Of a stretch of 53,713 nt of DNA, positions 36,843 to 43,161 are shown piece by piece. The translations under genes and the position numbers were made by a program. Numbering within the stretch: the stretch's first letter is position 1; every line of letters begins with the position of its first letter. The notes under the pieces were generated by a model. That model did not search any database, had not been told where the DNA came from, and worked only from the letters and a program-made list of their open reading frames with translations. Source of the DNA: a virus; the IMG/VR virus record IMGVR_UViG_3300012200_000003, positions 1 through 53,713 of that record, one strand, 5' to 3'.

Positions 36843-37043
36843 ATATAGTAACTTGGAGTTCGTCAGTGTGAACTAAGGAGCACACTCCAACGTCCTCTTG
36901 TTAACTTGGACTACATAGTGTCCAAGGTGCCACAGTCCAGAATGCGTGTGTTATTTTGGATTGGCGAAGCGTAAATTTGCTTATGTAGTGCCAAGTTGAA
37001 TCCTCAAAGCAAAGGACGAAAGTCCACAACCTAGAAGGAAACA

Positions 37044-37589
37044 ATGGAAACCCTACAAGTAGAGCAGAAGGAAAGTAACATCTATGAAACTTTCCGTGAT
37101 GCTATCAAAGCAACCGTTTATGCAACTGTTGTGAAAGTCCGTAATACTTCAACGTCATTTAATTGGAGTGTCGGCAAAGTAATAAGTGCTTGTGCGGAAG
37201 CGTGCAATCTTCCTATTACAAACACGCCAGCGGACTTTAAGCGAATAGTCAAATTTGAGTTTGACAAGCTTAAACACAACATTGCCCAAAACAGTAGCTA
37301 TGAACTCAAGCGTTCACGAGAAGACTTCATATTGAGTGATGGAACAATGCTTGGCCGTTTAACAAACGTGCATACTAAGTTCATTGAGCTTGAAACTCAA
37401 CTTCTTGAAGCATCCAAGATGTATTCACGTCTTGGAGTTAAGATGACTGATGAAACTCTATCCTCTGAGAAACGTTCAGCAATACGCAAACGTATGAATA
37501 AGCTTGTGGTTGTTCAAGACCACGTAAGAGCTGAAATCGCACGTCAAGCAGTATTAGTTGCTGAAGCTAATCAGACTGCCACAAGTTAA
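37044..37589 (+). CDS. Hypothetical protein (181 aa), probably highly expressed, monocistronic
   Basis: Preceded by promoter P1 plus a 200-nt leader and followed by a strong terminator. Markedly higher G+C than its neighbours. Confidence 0.65.
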   Translation: METLQVEQKESNIYETFRDAIKATVYATVVKVRNTSTSFNWSVGKVISACAEACNLPITNTPADFKRIVKFEFDKLKHNIAQNSSYELKRSREDFILSDGTMLGRLTNVHTKFIELETQLLEASKMYSRLGVKMTDETLSSEKRSAIRKRMNKLVVVQDHVRAEIARQAVLVAEANQTATS

Positions 37590-37599
37590 CAAAAGCAAG

Positions 37600-37635
37600 T
37601 CCTCTGGATTATTATATTCAGAGGATTTTGTTTTG
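37600..37635 (+). terminator. Rho-independent terminator after 37044..37589
   Basis: TCCTCTG-N12-CAGAGGA followed by TTTTGTTTTG. Confidence 0.75.
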
Positions 37636-37661
37636 TTAATTCGCGTTAGATAGTAAAGACC

Positions 37662-37679
37662 TTAAGAATCTATTCTTAA
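37662..37679. promoter_or_regulatory. 18-bp palindrome TTAAGAAT-CT-ATTCTTAA (candidate operator)
   Basis: Perfect 8-bp arms. A third TTAAGAAT half-site lies at 37751..37758. Confidence 0.4.
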
Positions 37680-37937
37680 ATGTCTAATCAGAATTATCAT
37701 TCCATAGCTTAAATGTATAAATCTAGCGCGCGTGTGTCGTCTAGTTTCATTTAAGAATTAGTTTGTTTATTGGTAAGAAAGCAAACTTATGCCTAAACAA
37801 ATCTTATCTCTTTTCGTAATGAGCGAGGCTAAGATAACAGTTTCTGAAGGAATAAACAAAATTCCGTCTAAAAATCTAGACGATAAACACAATCCAGGAT
37901 GAAATGTTATAGAGTAGCATCCAAGATAATAAAATCT

Positions 37938-37952
37938 TGGCACGTTTCTTGC
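37938..37952 (+). promoter_or_regulatory. Sigma-54 (-24/-12) promoter P2
   Basis: tcTTGGCACGTTTCTTGCTCCACT. 30 nt upstream of the ATG at 37982. Confidence 0.75.
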
Positions 37953-37981
37953 TCCACTTAGTAATCCTGGACATTTAATTT

Positions 37982-38176
37982 ATGACAAAAGAACAAAAAC
38001 TAACAGAACAGTTTAATACTTTAACAGAATCTATTAAAGATTTTATTAAAGCATGTCCAGAATTTCCTGAAGGATTTGAATTAGTTAAAAGAATTGGAAT
38101 CAACGTAGCTAATGTAGAAACTACCCTTCACTGGGAATTTAATTGTTTAGAATTAGGAGTTTTTTTTTCAAAATAA
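37982..38176 (+). CDS. Hypothetical protein (64 aa)
   Basis: 30 nt downstream of promoter P2. Confidence 0.5.
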   Translation: MTKEQKLTEQFNTLTESIKDFIKACPEFPEGFELVKRIGINVANVETTLHWEFNCLELGVFFSK

Positions 38177-38273
38177 AAAGGAGAGTTTGTGTTTCAATTT
38201 TTAATGTTTAATGAATTTATGAAGGATTTCTAATATTTTCTATGCTTGTTACCTTCATATACATGAATATACT

Positions 38274-38300
38274 TATATATATATATATATATATATATAT
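38274..38300. repeat. (TA)n microsatellite, about 13 units
   Basis: Uninterrupted TATATA... run of 27 nt. Confidence 0.95.
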
Positions 38301-38346
38301 AAGACAAAAAAAGAGCATTCCCCCTTTCCAATATAAGGAGTAATAA

Positions 38347-38396
38347 GAAAACAAACAAAAGTAATTGAAAACAAACAAAAGTAATAAGAAAACAAG
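38347..38396. repeat. Tandem ~20-bp repeat GAAAACAAACAAAAGTAAT, two full copies plus a partial third copy (iteron-like)
   Basis: Copies at 38347..38365 and 38367..38385, plus a partial copy at 38388..38396. Confidence 0.85.
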
Positions 38397-38629
38397 AATT
38401 TTCTTAGAAAATATAATTAAAGAAATAAAAAAGACAAAAATTCTACCTTTGATAAATCTAGCTAACAGCGGAAAAGAACAAATTAAGTTGAGGTCACAAT
38501 ATGGTCTAACTCAAGATCGGGTGTCTTTAATCAAATATTAACTTAGAAAGTTCCTATCAGTGATATTCTAAATCTAATATTTACAACTTTACTGTTTAAC
38601 CCAATCACCTAATTACAAATAACCTATAA

Positions 38630-38644
38630 GCATTTTTCGTGCCA
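38630..38644 (-). promoter_or_regulatory. Sigma-54 (-24/-12) promoter P6 (orphan; fires into a non-coding region)
   Basis: Minus strand reads gcTTGGCACGAAAAATGCTTATAG. No ORF of 60 aa or more lies downstream on that strand. Confidence 0.6.
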
Positions 38645-38659
38645 AGCTAAAATAAACAT

Positions 38660-38893
38660 ATGACTCTATTTACATTCATTAGACTTTACGCAGTTAGAAA
38701 ATCAGGTCCATTTCTTCCAAGAGAAGTAAATATGGAAGGAAATTTTATAAAATATATGCTTAAAGAAGGGCATATAGAAAGTAATGGAATGGGTTACTAT
38801 AGTGTTACAGAACGATGTGCAAAGAATCTAGAAGCAGTAAAACAAACAATGATAAAATTAGATGGAAACAGAGGATGGAAGGAGATAAAATGA
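38660..38893 (+). CDS. Hypothetical protein (77 aa)
   Basis: First ORF of a coupled array. Confidence 0.5.
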   Translation: MTLFTFIRLYAVRKSGPFLPREVNMEGNFIKYMLKEGHIESNGMGYYSVTERCAKNLEAVKQTMIKLDGNRGWKEIK

Positions 38894-39090
38894 ATCTAAG
38901 AGAACTTAAACGTAGTTTACAGGAGAAAACATTCACTTGTAATAACAATGAACAACTAAAATTTGAAATACTAGCAACAATTTTAACAGAAAATAACAAT
39001 ATTATTAAAGGAAGGTTGCAAAATATAAATGTAAGCAAAGAGAATAAGAGTATTACTCTTCACTTTTTTGAATGTTTTCCAAGAACATGA
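38890..39090 (+). CDS. Hypothetical protein (66 aa; start moved to Met26 of the track ORF 38815..39090)
   Basis: ATGA overlap with the upstream stop. Confidence 0.5.
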   Translation: MNLRELKRSLQEKTFTCNNNEQLKFEILATILTENNNIIKGRLQNINVSKENKSITLHFFECFPRT

Positions 39091-39112
39091 AAAATAAATC
39101 AATTAAAACACA

Positions 39113-39322
39113 ATGAAAATACACATATACATAGTCTGGGTTAATATTAACGATCAATTTAATTTCTTTGAAGCATTTTCTTGCTTAAGAGATGCTGATT
39201 CACTTAAAGAAAAACTAGGATATCAAGGAATACCCTCTAAAACAACATTACATATATTAGAAATTAAAGAAAATTATCTTGAAACAGTTAGTGGAGACTA
39301 TATTAAAAATCTAAAAGTATGA
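39113..39322 (+). CDS. Hypothetical protein (69 aa)
   Basis: ORF in a coupled array. Confidence 0.5.
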   Translation: MKIHIYIVWVNINDQFNFFEAFSCLRDADSLKEKLGYQGIPSKTTLHILEIKENYLETVSGDYIKNLKV

Positions 39323-39588
39323 AAACAATAAGATATGGTCTAACAAAAGGAGCAAGAGTTTGGAAAGGAAAAGAAGAAATTCATATAAATATTCTTCAGC
39401 TAGAATATTATTTTATAGACTTATTAGAACCTATGGAAGAAGGAAGTTGTCGACAAATAAAAATTAATTTATTTTGCCCTGATGGAACAATAGTAAAGAA
39501 TGTTACTGTTGTTGGTTTTTGTATTAAACTAGTAAATAAAGATTCACTTTTTGATGGAAGATTCAACTCAACACAAGATAAATTATGA
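39319..39588 (+). CDS. Hypothetical protein (89 aa)
   Basis: ATGA coupling. Confidence 0.5.
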   Translation: MKTIRYGLTKGARVWKGKEEIHINILQLEYYFIDLLEPMEEGSCRQIKINLFCPDGTIVKNVTVVGFCIKLVNKDSLFDGRFNSTQDKL

Positions 39589-39842
39589 CAATACAAAGTA
39601 TAATAGAACAATTACCTCATTCTCTTAGAAAAAGCTATCTTAAAGCTTCTTTCAAACAAGCAGCAAATAAAATGAAAGAACCTGAAAGAACAATTTTACT
39701 TACCTGTGGTATCTCAGGAAAATATAAATTAGAAACTAAAATTTTAGAAAAATTTAGAAAAAATCAAGTAAAAATACTATTTTCTATGCTAGAAGACTGG
39801 AAAGCAGAAATAAAAGAACATAAACAGTTACCAATGATATGA
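39585..39842 (+). CDS. Hypothetical protein (85 aa)
   Basis: ATGA coupling. Confidence 0.5.
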   Translation: MTIQSIIEQLPHSLRKSYLKASFKQAANKMKEPERTILLTCGISGKYKLETKILEKFRKNQVKILFSMLEDWKAEIKEHKQLPMI

Positions 39843-39976
39843 CAAAATTCTATCAATTAGAGGAAGAAAATATTAGAAATTTTGGTATCACAGTATCTAA
39901 AGTAGATAAGCTTTGGTTTTTCAGATTGTATTTATGGAAAATTAGAATTTGTTTTACAAATAAAAAAACCAAATGA
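39839..39976 (+). CDS. Possible small protein (45 aa)
   Basis: Hand-translated as MTKFYQLEEENIRNFG... ATGA coupling on both sides. Confidence 0.3.
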   Translation: MTKFYQLEEENIRNFGITVSKVDKLWFFRLYLWKIRICFTNKKTK

Positions 39977-40095
39977 AATCTCTAAAAAATAAACAAGATA
40001 AAATACTAAACAAATTAAACCAAAACCCAACAAGAAAAACATATTGGAAAATTTTACACAAAATAGAAAAAGAAATAAAAAAGAAAAGATTATAA
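39973..40095 (+). CDS. Possible small basic protein (40 aa)
   Basis: Hand-translated as MKSLKNKQDKILNKLNQNPTRKTYWKILHK... Confidence 0.3.
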   Translation: MKSLKNKQDKILNKLNQNPTRKTYWKILHKIEKEIKKKRL

Positions 40096-40238
40096 CAAAA
40101 GAAAAAAATCTATAAAAAACTAAAAAAGAGTAAAAATATATTATGCCAACTTCTAGTTTTAGAAATAAAAATTTTAGATGCTTAAATAAAAGATAAATAA
40201 ACTATTAAAAAATAATATTTCTTAATCTAAGTCATAGT

Positions 40239-40253
40239 TGGCACACTTCTTGC
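40239..40253 (+). promoter_or_regulatory. Sigma-54 (-24/-12) promoter P3
   Basis: agTTGGCACACTTCTTGCTATCTC. 33 nt upstream of the ATG at 40286. Confidence 0.7.
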
Positions 40254-40285
40254 TATCTCAACAATATCAATTTGCATCTCAATTT

Positions 40286-40432
40286 ATGAAAAGATATTTA
40301 ATAATTTATGTTTTTGATGGAGAATTTATGATTGAATTAATAAAAGCAGATAGCATATATAAAGCTCTAGAAGAATTTGAAAATTCAGAAATAAGATTTC
40401 ATGAAATTCATTCCATAATACAAATAAAATGA
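40286..40432 (+). CDS. 48-aa protein, paralogue of 40706..40855 (start moved from the TTG at 40238)
   Basis: MKRYLIIYVFDGEFMIELIKADSIYKALEEFENS... aligns with MKRYLIIFISKDQFCASEIKAKSINKALIKFEKS... The track start at 40238 lies inside promoter P3. Confidence 0.45.
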   Translation: MKRYLIIYVFDGEFMIELIKADSIYKALEEFENSEIRFHEIHSIIQIK

Positions 40433-40650
40433 AAATATACCAAGTATTTGATAATAATAAGCCAGCACAATTTCCATTCCATAAAGTTCATCCAAGCTGG
40501 AAAAGAAGTAAATTTAATTCTTTCATAAAAGCCTTTAATTATGCAAAACATTGGTTAGGAGTTTATAAAAATTCAGTCCAGCTAAAATTAAATACTCCTT
40601 CTGATTACACAGGATATGGAGATTTAATTGAAATAAGAAGAATTTCCTAA
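40429..40650 (+). CDS. Hypothetical protein (73 aa)
   Basis: ATGA coupling. Confidence 0.5.
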   Translation: MKIYQVFDNNKPAQFPFHKVHPSWKRSKFNSFIKAFNYAKHWLGVYKNSVQLKLNTPSDYTGYGDLIEIRRIS

Positions 40651-40705
40651 AATTAGGAAATAAAATATTAAATTAGGCTACCGCAAATTAATACAAAACA
40701 AACAA

Positions 40706-40855
40706 ATGAAAAGATACTTAATTATATTTATATCAAAAGATCAATTCTGTGCAAGTGAAATAAAAGCAAAAAGTATAAATAAAGCTTTAATTAAATTTGA
40801 AAAATCAGGTATGAGTTATGAAGAAATCTATGCAATTAATAGAATAATTTCTTAA
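40706..40855 (+). CDS. 49-aa protein, paralogue of 40286..40432 (below the track cutoff)
   Basis: Hand-translated. Shares the MKRYLII start and the KAL..FE core. Confidence 0.45.
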   Translation: MKRYLIIFISKDQFCASEIKAKSINKALIKFEKSGMSYEEIYAINRIIS

Positions 40856-40961
40856 AATAATCTCAAAAAGAGACAGAAATAGTATAAATTGACAGCGCGA
40901 ACTATTTATATTACTTCTGCAATAAAACTAATAACAATTCGCGCAAAAGAAAGAACAGCAT

Positions 40962-41627
40962 ATGAAGGAATTCGTAATAGATGTGGAGAAAGTAGAGAAA
41001 GTAGAAAAGAAAAACAATGGACAGGTTGTTAAAGATGAAAAAGGACAACCAGTAATTGAGGAACTTAAAACAACAATTAAAGTTCCAATTATTCCAGTAA
41101 AAATTCAAAAAGGAAGGGGACAAGGAAGTGAATATCTTGCTCCAAAAGATCTAAGCACGATGAGCTTGAATGATTTGCTTAAGATTTTTCCTTCTGATGA
41201 TCTCTGGAATAAACTAATCAAACCAAAGATTAAGCAATTCTGTGCAACAATAACCACAGAAGCAAGTATTGAAGCAGGACGAGTTACTGCTGCAATGATT
41301 AACAGTAAGCAAAACAAAAAGAAGAGGAAATATACTGAAGAGAAACCAATTCAAGATGAAGAGAAATTCTATGAAGCCTTTTCTCGAATGTTTCAGACAT
41401 TATCTGCAAGGGGAGAATCTCTTGCTGGACTTACACGACAACAGAATGAACTTCTAATGGAATTGCTATCTCTTGATAGTAAGAAGCCAGATTACGGAGT
41501 TCGTTCAGTTGCCCTTCTAGACGAGATACGCAAGGTGCGTGAAGCAATTGATGATAAGAAAGCTGATGATTCTGAAGAATCAGGAGAAGATGAAGGAGAA
41601 GATAAGCCAGAAGCAGTTGCTGCTTAA
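40962..41627 (+). CDS. Hypothetical protein with an acidic C-terminal tail (221 aa), probably highly expressed
   Basis: Higher G+C than its surroundings. C-terminus DDSEESGEDEGEDKPEAVAA. Followed by a terminator. Confidence 0.65.
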   Translation: MKEFVIDVEKVEKVEKKNNGQVVKDEKGQPVIEELKTTIKVPIIPVKIQKGRGQGSEYLAPKDLSTMSLNDLLKIFPSDDLWNKLIKPKIKQFCATITTEASIEAGRVTAAMINSKQNKKKRKYTEEKPIQDEEKFYEAFSRMFQTLSARGESLAGLTRQQNELLMELLSLDSKKPDYGVRSVALLDEIRKVREAIDDKKADDSEESGEDEGEDKPEAVAA

Positions 41628-41636
41628 TTAAAACAA

Positions 41637-41681
41637 AAAGGTAGTAGATAAATATTTTTATTTACTACCTTTCTTTCTTTT
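41637..41681 (+). terminator. Rho-independent terminator after 40962..41627
   Basis: AAAGGTAGTA...TACTACCTTT hairpin followed by the T-rich run CTTTCTTTT. Confidence 0.7.
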
Positions 41682-41879
41682 ATGAAAATCAAAGAACTTA
41701 TAGAAAATCTATCTAAATTTAACCCAAATACTGAAATAATAATACTTAACGAGATTCAAGATTTTGCTGAGCTTACTTCTATAATACAAAAAGATGTAAT
41801 AAAGGAAGAAGTAGCGTGGAACGATGAATTAGATGAAGAGGAACTAGATGAAGAAATCAACATAATTATATTATCATGA
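41682..41879 (+). CDS. Hypothetical acidic protein (65 aa)
   Basis: ORF directly after the terminator. Confidence 0.5.
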   Translation: MKIKELIENLSKFNPNTEIIILNEIQDFAELTSIIQKDVIKEEVAWNDELDEEELDEEINIIILS

Positions 41880-42013
41880 TAATTAAAACAAAACGTGGAT
41901 TTAAAGTAGTAAGCAAAGAAGGAAAGAATCTATCCAAAGATAATCTTACAAAAGAAGAAGCCGAGAAACGTTTACGTCAAGTTGAATTCTTCAAATATAA
42001 AAGAAAGAAATGA
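41876..42013 (+). CDS. Possible small basic protein (45 aa)
   Basis: Hand-translated as MIIKTKRGFKVVSKEGKNLSKDNLTKEEAEKRLRQVEFFKYKRKK. ATGA coupling on both sides. Confidence 0.35.
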   Translation: MIIKTKRGFKVVSKEGKNLSKDNLTKEEAEKRLRQVEFFKYKRKK

Positions 42014-42186
42014 AAACTACAATAACTATATGCACTTTCAAAAGAAAAAAGAATTCTAAAATAGAAAAAGGAATAGCAATTGGAGAAGTTGATATTATCA
42101 TAGATAAGAATCTTAAAATAGTGAAGAATATTGTATGGAATTATTCTTTACATTGGGCTGAAGGAACATTACCTATAGAATTATGA
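42010..42186 (+). CDS. Possible small protein (58 aa)
   Basis: Hand-translated. ATGA coupling on both sides. Confidence 0.35.
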   Translation: MKTTITICTFKRKKNSKIEKGIAIGEVDIIIDKNLKIVKNIVWNYSLHWAEGTLPIEL

Positions 42187-42632
42187 ATTCTCCCCTTCTA
42201 ACATTGCCAATTCTAGCTAAATTTGTAGATCTAATTATAGGCTATCAAGATTTCAAACAAATAGATGATAACAATTTATTAGAACTTATTAAGCTAGTAG
42301 ATAATGAGGAAAAACTATATCATGTAGAAAATAATATACTTTGGTATAAGAAAGCTTGGTTAAAAGATATTGATAATATAGCTAGAAAAAAGAGAGAGTC
42401 GGAAATAGTAAATTCTATAGTCGATGAAAGAAAAAGGGCAATAAAAGAACTTCAATTTAAGTTAGCAGAATTATCTGGACTCGAGGAAGATAAGTTATTA
42501 AATATGGCACTTTCTATTTTACATAAAAGAAAAGTAGATACGGCGAAGCTTTTTAATGTTGATATTGAGAATATTCCAGATTGTCCTGTAAATTATATAG
42601 TTATAGACGGCTCTACTGAGTATAAATTATAA
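42183..42632 (+). CDS. Hypothetical protein (149 aa)
   Basis: ORF track. Confidence 0.55.
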   Translation: MNSPLLTLPILAKFVDLIIGYQDFKQIDDNNLLELIKLVDNEEKLYHVENNILWYKKAWLKDIDNIARKKRESEIVNSIVDERKRAIKELQFKLAELSGLEEDKLLNMALSILHKRKVDTAKLFNVDIENIPDCPVNYIVIDGSTEYKL

Positions 42633-42656
42633 AACCATTAGAACAAGAAATTAAAT

Positions 42657-42827
42657 ATGAACACTATAAAATTAACTAAATTAATAAATGAAACAGTAGA
42701 AGCAGCAGGTGAACAAGAATTATATGAATTAGGTTTACATATTCTTAAAAATTGTAATAGACCTTCTTGTACACATTGTCAAGAGATTCTTAAGGCTATT
42801 TTAGAAGATAATGAAAAACCTAATTAA
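42657..42827 (+). CDS. Possible small protein (56 aa)
   Basis: Hand-translated as MNTIKLTKLINETVEAAGEQ...CNRPSCTHC... Fills a gap. Confidence 0.3.
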   Translation: MNTIKLTKLINETVEAAGEQELYELGLHILKNCNRPSCTHCQEILKAILEDNEKPN

Positions 42828-43161
42828 ATTAATAGAACTTTATCAAAAGATGGCAGATTTAACTTTACTAAAATGTAAACAATGTAGAGTTCCTCTTAGT
42901 TGTTGTTCGATAGAATATTGTGAAATAGCATCTAATTATGCTAAAGAAATTTACAATATAAATTTACAGCCAACAGAAAATAAAAAATTACCATTTATGA
43001 GTTCACATGGATGTATAGTAGAACCATATTTAAGACCAATGTGCACACTACATGTTTGTTCTATTAATTCTATTGGTTGTGATATTAAAGATCCAAAATG
43101 GACAAAAATATATTTTGAGCTTAGAGAACAAATAGATATTTTAGAATATGAAGAAAGCTAA
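42811..43161 (+). CDS. Cys-rich protein, YkgJ/CxxCxxCC-like putative metal-binding domain
   Basis: CKQCRVPLSCC plus further conserved Cys residues (HGC, MCTLHVC). Confidence 0.45.
   Translation: MKNLIKLIELYQKMADLTLLKCKQCRVPLSCCSIEYCEIASNYAKEIYNINLQPTENKKLPFMSSHGCIVEPYLRPMCTLHVCSINSIGCDIKDPKWTKIYFELREQIDILEYEES

Noticed and set aside
36979-36993. Minus-strand TGGCACTACATAAGC within the P1 leader (correct GG-N10-GC spacing)
   Set aside because: The -12 element is AAGC rather than (T/C/A)TGC. It would fire antisense into the hub with no target. The overlapping plus-strand TTGGCG...TTGCTTATG has spacing 4 nt too long. It is kept only as a curiosity and could matter if antisense regulation of P1 exists.
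38347-38396. CRISPR-like array
   Set aside because: There are only two full copies and a partial third of a 19-20-bp A-rich unit, directly abutting. There are no unique spacers, no palindromic repeat core and no cas genes.
40889-40915. Sigma-70-like promoter TTGACA...TATATT upstream of 40962
   Set aside because: The -35 to -10 spacing is only about 12-14 nt for any acceptable -10 hexamer. I note, however, that GCGCGA-ACT-ATTTAT here resembles GCGCGAGAACTTAGTTTAT at 36309, so a non-canonical element is possible.
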